Assembly: GCF_009914755.1 (NCBI RefSeq)
Contig: NC_060932.1
From: the human T2T-CHM13v2.0 reference genome, Homo sapiens
Length of the DNA: 64,000 bases
Direction: 5' to 3' (one strand)
The notes beneath the pieces were generated by a model. The model ran no database searches. It saw only the letters and a program-made list of their open reading frames with translations, and was not told where the DNA came from. This document shows, one piece after another, positions 11,875-27,295 of this stretch; position 1 is the first letter of the stretch; each line of letters starts with the position of its first letter. The position numbers were made by a program, and so were the translations under genes.

Positions 11875-13099
11875 GTGATGAGTCATTGATGAGTCATCCT
11901 ATTATCTATTCATAATTTATTAAGTGGGCATTTATTGAGTGCTTCCTATGTGCCAAGTATCATGCAAGACATTTGGAGACAAAAGGAGAAGTAATAAAAA
12001 TCCTTTCCCATTTTCTTTCCAGTTTGTTGTTCATTATGTCATTTCCATCTTTTGTTTTTGTGCTGTTTTTGAGTATTTAAAATAGGTATTGTAGGTATTA
12101 AAAGCATTTCATAAATTGCAAAATGTGGTGCAAATGTAGATTTTACATTTTTTATTGTTTTATTGAACAACTCTTATGTGCATTTCTCATAGGTAACTGC
12201 AGCCATTTGTTAATTCCATCTTAATGATTAACCTTGGTGTTTGCGGTTCCTGAATAAAAGACATATAGTCAAGTAAAATCTCAAAACTAATATTCAGCAT
12301 GAGATGACCATGTTGCTAAATAAAAATGAATATTATATGATGAAGAGAAGCTGCAAATTTACTTGGATTTTTTGATCAAATTAGTAACTTGCTTGTTACA
12401 GAAAATGAATGCTAATTAGTTCTCTGTGCTGAAAAAGGCAGCCTGCACCTGTCCTAGGACAGGATTTTGTGAGGCAGGCTTATTTCTCTAAGGTCTATTC
12501 TTGGCCCCCTTTTTCTGGCATTGACATGGAAAAAGGCGTGAGGAGAGACTGGCAACATTGGTGTGTGCCAGGAATGGTGCTGAATGATATCACTCAGCAC
12601 AACAGAATCTGGGATAGTCATATTTCTCAAAGTAGAAGCAACCTTGTAAAGACTGAAAGTCCCAAATAAAATGGGTTGCTCTCAGCCAACAAAAAACTGA
12701 AATTGGAAATGGCCTCAGAAATGGGAGACCCTTGGAATCAGGGCTAAACAGATAAGCAGAATTCAGAGGGAAATGACAAAGCATTCTATATCTATCAATA
12801 AAGAATTTGGGGCTTTGGGGTTAATGGTTAACCAGCTAACTTTTAAACGTGATTTTTAAAGCACATAAGACACTAGGCATTAGGGATGAATAAAACATGC
12901 TAGTAATTATTTTTAAAAAGACTTAACTTGATAATGCTTAAGTGCTTCTAGGTTGACAATCTCAAGACCACCAGTAAAAACTTAAGCTCATCAATGGTTT
13001 TGTAACAAAGGAAGATAGATCTCAGTGCATAGACAAGGCAGGCAGAAAAGTAAGATTGAAAAACCTAAGAATGACATGGCAGTGAGGTGGAGGTAAAAG

Positions 13100-13870
13100 G
13101 AGGGTTTGGCAGAAGGCTGTGTTAATGATCAGCTGTTGGCAGTGTGAGTCAAAGAGGGGAACTTGGAGTGCATTATTATACCTATAGTACTTAGTAGCAA
13201 AGGAATTGATAGTTCTGCTATACACTCACCTGAACACACATACAATGCGTTCTATTCTTGGTACCATGTTAAAAATATCAACTAGAACATGCTCAATGGC
13301 GAGTTGCCAGTTGCTTTAAGGAATTTGAAATCAAAAGACTTCAAGGAAGGCATGATAAACCCTCACACATCTGAGACTTGTTCTCAGGTGGAGGAAGGGG
13401 GAATGGAAAAGGATGGAACATTTACTTAATGTCCGTTGTGCTAGGTACTAAAATACCACAATTAATGGTCACCAAAACATCATCCTATCATCGTCCTCAG
13501 TATAAAGTTGGGAAAATGAGGATGATTGAGGCTGGGTATTATGCACAAGTTTACACAGCAAATACCAAGGTGTTACCATCATCCTAACTGGCATCTTTCG
13601 GTCCTCAAGGTCCATATTCTTTAAATTCTTTATTTTGTTCTGTCCTAAGAGATTAAAAATGGGACCAGTGAGTAGAAACTTCAGTGATGATTTAGACTCC
13701 ATATAATGAATACTTTTCTACCAAATTCTCTTAATATAGATTAGCTTTTTGTATGGGGAAGGGAGTTTCTCATTATGGAGTTATTCAGGCCTAAGCGGGC
13801 TGTCCCCTTGACTGGAATGTTCAGGGCCAGGTGCAGCAGATGTTCAAGTTCCCTCCAACTCTGGAAGTGT
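13100..13870 (+). mobile_element. L3/CR1 3' remnant, interrupted by an antisense MIR (~13420-13620)
   Basis: 'gcgttctattcttggtaccatgttaaaaatatcaactagaacatgctca...aaggaatttgaaatc' and 3' end 'ttcaagttccctccaactctggaagt'. Confidence 0.5.
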
Positions 13871-14094
13871 TACCTGATCCTGTGAATAAGACTGTAGCGA
13901 GCACCATGGTGCAGTAGCGTCAGAAGCTGCACAGGGAAATTGAAAACAGGCAGAGAAGGGATAGGTCAAAGCACGTGGTTGGAAACCAAGACACATTTTA
14001 GAAAGGAAGGAAGGGGAAGGCCCAGCTGGCAGTAAAGAAGCCGAAAATTCACCAGAATCCCAAGAGTAGGTTTTCAAGTGAAAAAGAAATAATA

Positions 14095-14405
14095 GGCTGG
14101 GCACAGTGGCTCATGCCTGTCATCGCAGCGCTTTGGGAGGCTGAGGTAGGAAAACTGCTTGAGGCCAGGAGTTAGAGACTAGCCTGGGCAGCATAGCAAG
14201 ACAAGGTCTGTACCAAAATAAAAATAAAAGCCAAGCTTGGAGGCACAAGCCTGTAGTGCCATCTACTTGGGAAGCTGAGGCAGGAGCTCACTCACATGAG
14301 CCTAGGAGTCAGGGGCTGCAGTGAGCTGTGATTGTGCCATGCACTCCAACCTGGGTGACGGAGCAAGACTCTTTCTCTAAATAAAAAGTGAAGGAAAAAA
14401 AAAAA
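14095..14405 (+). mobile_element. AluJ
   Basis: 'ggctgggcacagtggctcatgcctgt...ggctgcagtgagctgtgattgtgcc...agcaagactc', degraded A-tail. Confidence 0.95.
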
Positions 14406-15842
14406 GGCTCATATAAGGCATCAGCACCATGAGAAAACTGATACAAAGGAAAGTCCTGCAGGAACCACCACTAGGGGAGGCACTGCACTGGTGCGTTCAG
14501 GGCCTCTGGATGTTGGCAAATACATATGTGTATTGGATACAAAAAGAAGGAAGGGTCAATCCCTGAGGTAACATCATATTTAATTTGTTTTAAGGTTTAG
14601 CGGTGGGGAGTTGTTATGAACATTGCCCCCACTGGATTGACCTGTTGGAGGGAAATTTGTCTGAATTAGTGGAAATGGTCAGATATATATTTCTATGAAA
14701 TGCAAAGCACCGAGGGTACATTGCCTTAGTGCCTTGGCGGAAAGATGAACAGCAGGAATCTCCTGTTAAAATTAGATGCCCACTGAGTTCTGCAACATAT
14801 AGCTGTAATGATATTTTCTAAGACATGTTTCCCAAAGGATATTTCAGTGATGAGCATACAGCTCACTCGCTTGCAACTATGTAAATTATATCAGTTAATT
14901 TTTACATGGACTAAATGGCCTTTCCAAATGATTATAAAGATGCCATTTGCTCTGGAATGCATTTTCTGCATGCCTGCTTCCCACATTGCATGTTTGTTGA
15001 CCCATCTCATGCCGATGACCCGTGCATACCACTGGTGTCAGTTTACTTCGACATTTCAAGGTTTAAGAGAATTCTCAACTTACGGAAAATATCACATAGT
15101 CCATATTTGGCAGGAAGACCATTTCCCAGAGCCCAGATTTCTGTGAGTGCACAAGGTGCCTGGGTGGGCTCCTCTGCCAGGGGCATATTTGACCTCTCTC
15201 TTCTGCATTTATTTTACAAATGTCCCCTTTCAACAAGATACTTATCTGTTGTGGGGGTTGGATCTGGAAAGTTGATCCCTAAACTGCTTAACTGACTGCA
15301 ACTGCTCTTTCCGACCCTGGCACGGTCTGCAGTTGTAGAGCTGTGACTCTCTTCCAATCCAGGATGATGGATTGAAGGTGACAGCCTGAGTTAAAGTTCT
15401 AAGCTCCCAGCTGGTCAGTTGATTCCACAAGTACAATGTTGCAAGAGTCATTTATCAGAAGCGTGAACCCAGAGATTCGGATGTTTGAGGTGGCAGCTGT
15501 TAGATACACTACTCAGAGAAATAAGTCACAGAAGATTCGGATAAGAGCATCTTTGATAGATGACAGTCAGTGGGTTCATTTGTTAATTTTTGGCCCATGT
15601 GATTGGGAAAGTTGTGGTAAGGAAAGGTTTTCGTGGACATTTCCACTATTTAAATGCTAGGATGTGTTTTTTGTTTGTTTGTTTGTTTTGGCTGGAGTAA
15701 CACTGGCAAAGATGTGGGTGACCCCTCCACCTCCAAAACTCAGTTGATGCAACCCTTATATAATGTATATGTGTATTTGTTCCAAAAAATAAGAAAAGCT
15801 TGAATAAAAGATACCCTAGAAATGCTTTTAACAAAGATTTAC

Positions 15843-15871
15843 TTTATTTTATTTATTTATTTATTTATTTT
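15843..15871. repeat. (TTTA)n microsatellite
   Basis: direct reading. Confidence 0.9.
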
Positions 15872-16739
15872 GCCTAATGCTGTATTAGAGCTGTTTAATA
15901 ATCCCTTCAAAAACTCACAGTTGGTATTGCTAAAATCTTTTCAATCACAGACTGTAAAGCCAGTGACAGTTTCTTTCCTCCATGGGAAGTAAAGTCAAAT
16001 CATTATTTCTGGTGCTATTTGTATTTTTTTTGTTTTCTAGTCTAAAGATTGGCTTTGAGAAGACTTTGGACATTCACTTCCTGGAAAGGACTTAGGTTCA
16101 GTTTTTCCTTTATGAACTAATAGTTCCCATCACGGCATAGGCTAAAACTCTTTTTGTCTTCTAACTATAATAATTATCCAACTTGTGCTTCAAACATGTG
16201 TCTGTGGATCTCCTTTCTTATAAACTTTTGTTGGTATTGGGTCTCCTGAGGTAACATAGCAGTCTCTAAGGCAGACAAGGCTTGAATTTGAGAGAAAATT
16301 TTAATACACCAGCTCAGACATCACATATAAACTTAATAAAGTTAGATTGGCCCAAGGTGTAAGCTTCTTCCAAGGCAGTCAGTCCGCGTCAGGAGCTGCA
16401 TTTACTCTTGGAGGCCACAGGAGTATCGTTCCACATATTAGCGTTGAGATGAACTGTTTCTTTCATGATGCGTTTTGGAAGTATTCTATTTTTGTTTCTT
16501 CCCCAGTCACACACATATATTCATTACTCTTGTGATGTGTCTTTTTCTCCTTCTCACATCTCTTTGCCCCAATTCCCTGCTTTAAAACACACACTCCTGC
16601 ATCAATCTCTACTCACAGTTGTATTTTCTGAGATACTGATGAATGAGTTTGTAGAGTTCCTTCACTCATAAAGTCATGTTTTTCTCCAATTTAAAACAAT
16701 GTTTTTAGCCACTGTATCTCTTATATATCTAACTTCCTC

Positions 16740-16890
16740 TAATCATCACTGACACTCATAAAATAGATGTTATTACTTCTCTCTTGTACAGGAAATTGTG
16801 CTCAGAGAGGTTAAATAACATGCTCAAAGTCAACCAAAATTTGATTTTGGAATTGTCCACTTCCCAAGTCCTATTTTTTACTGCCATACT
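16740..16890 (-). mobile_element. MIR fragment
   Basis: 'aggaaattgtgctcagagaggttaaataacatgctcaaagtca'. Confidence 0.7.
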
Positions 16891-17026
16891 ATCGTCTCCA
16901 GAGTTTCGGCTCTATTTTTGTCCTCTAGGAAGATTACATATTTCTGATTTAAAAAAAGATAGCTTTCAGCATATAAAACTAATGTAGGTAGAGAATATTC
17001 CCAATTTTCTGTTTTTTATTGGGTTG

Positions 17027-17046
17027 ATATATATATATATATATAT
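17027..17046. repeat. (AT)10 microsatellite
   Basis: direct reading. Confidence 0.95.
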
Positions 17047-17517
17047 GGGGAAAAAAAAGGATAGAAAAAGTAGACATCAATCTTGAAAGCAACACATTAG
17101 ACTGGGGTTCTAATGAGACCGGAGAATAGACAAGCACCAGGAAAATGCCGAGTGCTGTTAATTAGCTTGTGTTCCTATCTGAAGTCTCACTCATCATTTT
17201 GTTTATATATTTCCTCCTCTGACTCCTTTCCATGTATTAGGCCATGATCGGGTATGCTATAGAGCTAAACCAGTTTAAAAAAAATTAAGAAAAAATGATT
17301 TTAAAAAGTCTGTAACTGGGGCCTAGTGCAATTGCCCCAGGAGGCCCTCAACCTAACCAGAGTTTATGGCTTCACCCCCTTCCTTGCCCTTACCTCTATA
17401 CATGAGGCTCTTATTGTACTGAACTAATTCTATTATTATTTGTTGTTTCTCTGCTTGTCTCTGAACTTGGATCTTCTAGCACTTGAGCAAGTATGGGCAA
17501 TGCTTTATTCAACTTGT

Positions 17518-17815
17518 AATAATAATAATGGCTAACATTGAATGAACCCCTGATAAATCCCAGGCACCCTGCTGAGTGCTTCAGTGGCAGTGCCTTATTT
17601 AATCCTCACAATGACCCTGTGAGGTAGGTGTGCTGATTGTTCACACTTACAAAGGAGAAAACTAAATAATAATTGGAAAGGCAGTAACTTTTCTGATATT
17701 TCACAGCAGCTAAGTAATTTGTTCAAAGGCACAGAGATACTGAGTAGTAAAGCTGGATTCACACTCTTAATTTCTCTGACTCCAGATTCTAGGTCCTTAA
17801 CCTTAGTACATATTA
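17518..17815 (-). mobile_element. MIR SINE, near full length
   Basis: 'aataataatggctaacattg...ttaatcctcacaatgaccctgtgaggtagg...gactccagattc'. Confidence 0.8.
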
Positions 17816-19349
17816 TAGTTTCCTTGTCTAATGCAATATTTGTCACATATTAACTGCTCAATAAATGCCTCTTAGGTGGAAAAAAGACTGTATTTATTGA
17901 AACAGGCTTGTAATTGGAAGATAAAGATTTGGCTTACATTTATGCCTCTTTTAGCTCTTGCTACCTTTTGTTCATATCACCTTTCCAGACTCCATTTTCT
18001 TCATCTGTAAAATAAAGGGGAAAGGGTTCAATGAAGTCTAAGGTCTCTTTTAATCACTGGCTAATAAAACCAGAAGTGGTGACTAGAAAAATAGTTCAAA
18101 ACTGCTAGCTGATGCGCTACAGTTATGGGGCAAATAGCTATTGCATTATTCCAGCTGATCTTCAGTTCAGCCATCGTGGTATAATTCCATTTAGATCCAA
18201 TCTAGATACGTTTTTGCAGGGCCTCTATCATTTTTCAGAATGTTTGAAAAACAAAATACATTTAGGCTTCTAACCTTGAGTTTGGAAATCTGAAATATAC
18301 ATAAGATGATATGAACGAGCCTGACTTTGATTACCATAGAGTGGCATAGCTGGGGGCTGCAATGAAAAAACCTATAAAATTTAACTCGAGATGAACCATG
18401 ACAGGCCTCCTTAATGCGCGGATGCTTTGGCTTTCGAGTGTATTCTTTTACTGTATTATACAAAATGTGGATAAAGTGATAAGTGGGTTTAAAAATGATT
18501 GTATAAGTGAAGTGCACCATCTCACTGTAAAGTATTTGGCCCCAGGGAGACCACAAATGTGATGCAGCCTCATTTCCTTTCTTTTAAGTGCTTCCTGGGG
18601 CTGCTCAGGGTTGCTTTGGATGGGTTGGTTGGTTTGTTGTTTGCTAAGCTAAGATCATATTAAGTCTTGATTTGTTTTTTTTGAAAAACTGTTATCCAAA
18701 GGGGAATTTTGGAGAAGCAGAAATAAAGGCAGAGAGATTAAGAGACAGGAAAAAGAGGAAGACGAGTGAGAGATGAGAGATTAATTCACGACCCTCTATA
18801 GATTATTCGAAACAGTTTAAAAGAACAGGAGAGTTATATTGGGGGGCCATTGGGCTTGCTTGAAGTCCAGTGGTTCGATAAAAATTAAAACACATGAGTT
18901 CATGAGTATGGTAGCCGCCTTCTCTCATAGTTATAGACCCCTGAGCACTGATGTCATTTCTCTCCTGGGCTTAGTGAAATTAATATGTGATACAGGTTTC
19001 TTTGCTCCCTGAATATGGTGGATTGCTCAAACCCAGCACACAGCAGTAACCACGGAGCTTCAAGAGCACCCTCTGAAAACCAAAGGAGGAGGCCAGAGTT
19101 GTGTCTAGTCATCTTAGCCTCCTCGCCTGTATCACTTGCCCTGCTTGTCCACTGGCTTAGTGGTTAGCCAGTGAGAAAACAACTTCAGCCTGCGTCAGCA
19201 GTCAGTCTTGCTAGTCTTTGAATATGGACCATCCTTGGAGGGGGTGCTCTGACTCACACAGAAATCTTTTTAATGTTTCTTTTTCATCATGAATCAGTTC
19301 TCATGAAGAAGATTTGAAGGAGAATTGAACAGAATCACATCAAACCTCC

Positions 19350-19575
19350 TGACAGCGTAAAATAAGAATGGCCTTCGGAGTCAGCCTTGCATCCTGCCTC
19401 TATCACTACTGACTATACGACATCTGCCAAGTGCTTCTGCTTCTCTCTATGCTGCATCTGAAGATGGGAAAACACATTTTCTTTGCCCAGATCTTGGTAG
19501 AGGTGGCAACAATACATATAAAGTATAGTTCCAGGCAGATAGCACATGTTCAATATTTGGTAGGCATCATTATGA
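19350..19575 (+). mobile_element. MIR SINE
   Basis: 'ggccttcggagtcagccttgcatcctgcctctatcactactgactat...catctgaagatggg'. Confidence 0.65.
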
Positions 19576-19619
19576 TTTTGATTTGCAGTTGTTTTCTCTT
19601 GCTGGAAGGTAGTAAACTC

Positions 19620-19714
19620 ATCTTCTAATATAAGGATGCCTTACATTGAATCTTCACATGTCAGAATCTTCTAATATAAAGATGCCTTACATTGACATCT
19701 TCACATGTCAGAAT
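19620..19714. repeat. tandem duplication, 46/47-bp unit x2
   Basis: atcttctaatataa[g/a]gatgccttacattga[-/c]atcttcacatgtcaga twice. Confidence 0.95.
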
Positions 19715-20683
19715 GACTCAGCAAGGGCATTTTCTTGAGGGATATGACCATAAACTTTCTGATTCAGGCATAAACATGCTAAAATCAGGGTTAACATGAT
19801 GCTAGGAGTATACATACCTAGCAGGTTTTTAAAATTCATGTTTGATATAGGTTGAGCTTTCAATGTGTTCAGTCTGCAAATATTTTGGAGGCTTTTACTA
19901 TTGTACTGTGATGTAGCAGAATGGGTTTATTAAAAGCTCACTTTCAAAGTTCTTGGTCTAATATTCTCAAATAGAAATATTCCAGGCTCCACTGAGGATA
20001 GTGACAATAATAGCAGAGGCAGCAACAACAACAAGAAGCAAATATCTTTTCCTTATTCTGCAGTAATGTCTTGTGAATATTGTTGAAAATGAAAAGATTT
20101 CATGTGAACTCTTGTTGGATTTATGCAGCTCTTTTGCTTTAGTTGCTACAGTTAAATATGTTGAGTTCTGATGGTCAGACCATGATAGTTTCATGTGGTT
20201 TTTAAAACATAAAACATAGGTAATTGAGCAATTTAATTGTATGCAACCAACTATCAATTTTATAGGGGCAGACCAGTTACACTTATGACAGAGCAAAGTT
20301 CTAGGCACTTCCTTTCTGGGCCAAGAAATTTGGTAATTGAGCCACAGCTGATTAGTGCTAAATGCGTGCCGGTCCCCACTCTTACATGAACTTCAATGGG
20401 CTTGGAAAGAGAAGATGGAGGCCTACTTTGAGGTATGGTAAACTGAGTGCTGGGGACAAAGAAGATAAAGTCTTGATCTCCACTCCAGCTTTAACTGTGC
20501 AAACATAGCTGCCTCTAGGAACTCTAAATCTTGATTGCTCTTCTGAGTGGGGTGAACATACAGTTCTAATCAAGTACTTACATAATTTTGGGGAAGAACA
20601 TGTCTCAGATCTCTGCCCTTATGAATAAGCTGCTCCAAAATCACAGGTGGGTTTTGCACATAGCTAAAGATATTTAAGCTTTA

Positions 20684-20959
<276 letters not shown>

Positions 20960-20993
20960 TTATATATAAGCTTTAGCCCTTTAAATCCCTTAA

Positions 20994-21419
<426 letters not shown>

Positions 21420-22095
21420 TGAGGGTAAATCTGTTACTACAAGTTTAGAATACAGGGTACTTTACTACAGTATTTTAAGATGTTAATATTGTAGCTTGTA
21501 TAGTAAATTACCTATATTACTCAGTGTTCAAATTTTAGAAACTTTGGGAGAGCTTCAGATTCAGCTGTAAGTACTCTAAGTGAATAAACTATCAACATCA
21601 ATAAAAATGACTCCAACAGAGCATTTTACTCTGTAGGAAATGTGGCAGAAAACCTCCTTCCACACAGAACCTTTTTGATAGTTTTTTAACTTTATATGCA
21701 GTGTATGCTCATTTTAATATAACTTCACAACCCAAGGGATTGAAACACAGTGAAGAAAGCAGATTAAAAGAATAGATGAGAAACAGACCCACCTAGACAA
21801 GGAAAAACTAACTGCAGTGATCAGAGACAGCTGCGAAAAGGCAGAAGTAGCGTCAGTGAAAACATTGAGTAGGGACAAAATGATCAAAACTAAAATTGTC
21901 CCTAAAGATTTTACTAGCAAGAAGGTAACAAAATCACCAATTAGAACAACATCAATTGGCCCTTTATATCTTGGAGAGTAAAATAAGTGAGATGGAATTA
22001 AAGTCAATATAGTTTCTTTTCTAAGTAGGACTTTTATCTGAGGCCATAGACTCTGGTGGTTAAGGGCATAAATTTTGGAGTTAGACTACTTAGAT

Positions 22096-22950
<855 letters not shown>

Positions 22951-23355
22951 TGACTGCCTGGCTTTAAATTTCTGTTCTATCTACTAGCTTATGACATTGT
23001 ATTAGTCCTTTAACCTCTTAGATAATGCCTAAAAGCACACATTTTTTAGAAGGATTAAATTATATGACTCATGTTAAGCACTTAGCACTCTGTCTAGCTT
23101 ATAGTTAGGTTTTAAAATCTTAACTATGTTTTTGTTAAGTTTAACAATTTGAAAACTTTAGAAAATTTTAGTGTTAAAATTTTTAAGCTTATATCTCAGG
23201 AAAATGTGTTCATTTGATAAATGATTGTTTCAAGGCACTGCATGATAGGATCTAATAAATACTCTGTTTAAAGATATATTTACTTGTAACATGAGATGTG
23301 AATAATCGCTAATGAAATACATAGAATGTTAAGCAGACAACCTTTGAAAGGATAG

Positions 23356-23681
<326 letters not shown>

Positions 23682-25682
23682 GAGAGATTTCAATTCTAAA
23701 AGACTCTATTCACATATTAAAATGCACAGGATGTGTAATCAGTTTAATAAGAGTTAGTAAATATCTATGTATATACGGAGAGTCAGTGACAGAAGAGGTA
23801 ATATAAAGAAAATGCAATTTTGAAGCTGCTTCTTTGGTTGGTGCATTGTAATCTCTAGATTGAAAGCTAAAACCAGTTTCTTTATTAGCTGTGTTGCTTT
23901 GGGGACATCATTTAACCTCTCTACCACTAAGACAATTGGCCTCTGGCTCAAAAGTTTTATGATTTTTGTGACAGATTACATGATGAGATGCTTCCTTAAC
24001 CATTCTGGCACTCCCTACAACCGAAACATTGGGTGGAAATCATTGTTAATTATGCCCATGGAGAATTTTATCATTGCTCAAGGAGAGGTGTGATTTTTTA
24101 AAAGTGCGTTTGTGCTTTGTGCAGAAGTCTTCAGCGTGTGACTGGATTCAATGCTGCTACTCTTTTGGTCTGAATACTGAACCAGCCAGGCATCACAGGA
24201 GACACAGCTGAGCTCCCAGGCCATCATGGGTGACAGGGTCAGAGCTGAGCTGCTCCCTCCCTCCAAGTCTGCTTGAAAGTAGCCTGCCTAAGGATAGTAT
24301 GCAGACATATACATTTTTTTCCTTTCAAATGTGGAATAATACTTAAAGAATCCTCCCTGGAGGAGATGATTTTTCAAACACAAAGCCCAGATAGACCAAA
24401 GGAAATAGTGTTTTTTTTTTTTTCTTTATTTTTAGTTTACTGTTTTGGATTTTCTTTTCTGCTCAGCACCTTCTTATATGAAATTAACCATAATGTGGCA
24501 CTTGTCACCTGCTTTCAGTCTTTTCCACTAACAGCTGGATGCTGGATGAACAGATGCCAGCGAGCAGTTGCTATCTTATAACCCTGAAATAATTTTGTCA
24601 GGACTATCATTTGTATTTTTCATATTTATTTATTTATACATATAGCTTCTTTTCCCTGAGTAATATTCAAAATGCTGACCCCATCATAGGAGACTAATGA
24701 TTTAGAAATCTTGCAGTGGTTATAAATTCTGATATAATACATCACAGACTTCAACTACTGAAATATCTTAATTTTGTCTTTTTCAAATATATGCTTGAGA
24801 AGACATGGACGTCTTCGATATATTTGTGTCCCTCCCCCTCACCTCCTTCCCAATATCACTCCCTACTAGTATGCAAGACCTTATTTTTTGATAAGAGTTT
24901 CCAAGATTGTTGCAAATATCTTTTCAATTAAAAATTGGTTATTTTCTTTGAGGATTCTTAGAGACAGAGGAAACTTACTTGGCAGTGTCTTACTTAGATC
25001 TTGCTTTTAAACAAAGTGGGTTTATTCTTTTTCCATTCTGACATAAAAAAGTAATGTTGGATCCCTAGTAACATTTTACTTACGCATTGATGCTATTCAG
25101 TGGATCTGTCCAGGTGGTGCATATGTTGACTTCAGCTTGCAGTCATCAAGAAAGCAGTCAGCTTTTCCTATCGAGTTAAGAGAATATGCCCTGATTTGTG
25201 GGCAGTTCTTCTTAGCATTCTACTGTGGTATGAAGCACACATTGAATTTTGCTCTTTTCAGTAAGTAGCTGGAATGTTTTCTCTCAAGCAAACTCAACTT
25301 CTCATTATCTATGTTAGAAAAACCATAAAAGCCTCTTTCTATGCAACTATAGACTGACTCTATTTCTTTCTTTTTTCAAGAAAAAAAAAAACAGATAGCC
25401 AAGGAAGTCAATTGTTGGTTTAATTTCAACATTTCTAAAGTGGTAATCATATTTTTAGTTATTACCATCAAAGTTATAAATTATTAAAGGTTTGTGTTTG
25501 GGACATTATTTCACTTCTGCATTATCCAAATTGATTGGCATACAGTAAAAATTTAATTTGCCTTTTGCTTTCTCATTGCTTTAAAATGTTTGCAGAATGC
25601 AAATGATTATATTAAAATTATTGTACAGTATTCATAATCAGAGTACTACTTCAAGGTTTGAAAAAGGAACTCAAAATGAAGC

Positions 25683-25768
25683 CTTGCAACTTTCATTCCT
25701 TGGTTGTCTATAACGTCTGTGGTTTCTTGCAACTTTCATTCCTTGGTTGTCTTTAATGTCTGTGGTTT
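25683..25768. repeat. tandem duplication, 43-bp unit x2
   Basis: cttgcaactttcattccttggttgtct[a/t]taa[c/t]gtctgtggttt twice, 2 mismatches. Confidence 0.95.
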
Positions 25769-26799
25769 TTTTCAACCTAATTTCTGGAGAAGTAAGTGAC
25801 CATTTAGGATGTAGAAATTGCACCAGAAATTCTTACAGCATAAGCTGTCAAATGCCAGTCTCTCTACAGGGAAGTTTGTTGAAATCGTCAAATTTGCTAT
25901 TCTTCAGGGTTTTTTTTCTTTTATGTTGAACAACTAATAACAATCGAGAAATGTGACTATGTGCTTAAAACTCAGTGATATTTTCAGCAATGTTCATTTA
26001 AGCCAGTTTTGGTTTTTCTGGGGTGTGTGTGTGTGTAAAACAAGAGAAGCCAGAGAGTATGTTTGCCATAATGCTTGATTCATTTGATTCACTGAGATAG
26101 ATTTGAGAACCAGCTCATCTGAGCCAAGGAGAAGTAGGTGTATACTTATACTGAGATTTTTCAGTGACCATGGAGATTTTCTGTTAGAGACCAGAGTACT
26201 GAATGCCCATTGCAGGACTGGCATCTGGCCAGTGGCACAGAGGAGGGTTTGTAGAGGGGAAGAGATTCTGCTCCCATCTCTGACTTCACTGTGCTTTTCT
26301 TCCTGGCTCACTTTTAGACACATTCCAGTTTGCTCACAGCTTTCACCCCTGCCAGTTTCCTTCTTCCTCGCCTTCTGCCTTCTGCCTCAGTCTATGTTTT
26401 CCATGCACAAGCCCTGATTTGCCTTGTTAAATGCACCCTGACCGACTTCTGCCCTGAATTCTATTCCTCACCTTCACAGGATCAGGCCCTTGAAAGCTAC
26501 TAGATATTTAATTCCACTCTAGGTTCCCTTGATGTAAGCCTGTATGTACCTTGGGGCTGCTGTTTTCACTCATTTAGGGCATTGTAGTGAATATCACTTC
26601 ATAGGAGATACCTGAATCTACCTTCTATAACATACTTTTATGCCTAAAATGGCTTTCTGATAACTTAGTTGGAAAAGAAAAGAAAGAGAACTTAGAGAAC
26701 AGACCCATGTAATAGTTTGATGTAGTCCAAAGTATATTGGCATTGGGACCTAACTCTACCTTTGAATACAAAGTACAGTGCAAATACATAAAGGAATCT

Positions 26800-27295
26800 A
26801 TCCATTCCTCCTTCCTTCCCTATTGAGAGCTAATTGAGTGGTTAATGGTATATAAGATCCAGGAATAAAAAGAAAACATTTATTTTCCCCATAGCAACCA
26901 ATACTACTTGTTAATAAAATGATGGAAAAGATAGAGAAATAAGCAAATAAGTCCTATATGATGGGATTAATTTTAATACTTTGAGGTCGTGAACATGGTG
27001 GCATATCCAGTAAAATGTAAAATGTAGTGGGACTCATTTATTTCCTTTCCATCTGTCTATTTATGCTCAAAGTGAAGTCTACAGAGAAAAAGATGTATGA
27101 TTTAGGATTGGAAGGAAGGCTAGTTCTCCAGGGCATCAAAAGGTGCAAGGGAATTTCAGGAATTAAAAATAGAATATACAGAGGCGTGGAAACACGGATG
27201 TGTGTTGAGCATTTAGGAGACCTGAATTCCTTGTGTGCTGCTGCTGCATGGATAGTGTGTCGGAGTAGAACATGTCTAGATTGGAAGACGGGGAC
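26800..27295 (-). mobile_element. L2 LINE fragment
   Basis: degraded antisense L2 motifs ('tgatttaggattggaaggaagg...aatagaatatacagaggcgtgga'). Confidence 0.45.

Noticed and set aside
13897-14436. REST/RE1-like half sites (agcaccatgg at ~13899, tcagcaccatg at 14421)
   Set aside because: The right half (GGACAG) is missing in both.
14468-14484. CTCF-like ccactaggggaggcac
   Set aside because: Two extra bases displace the conserved GC of the core motif.
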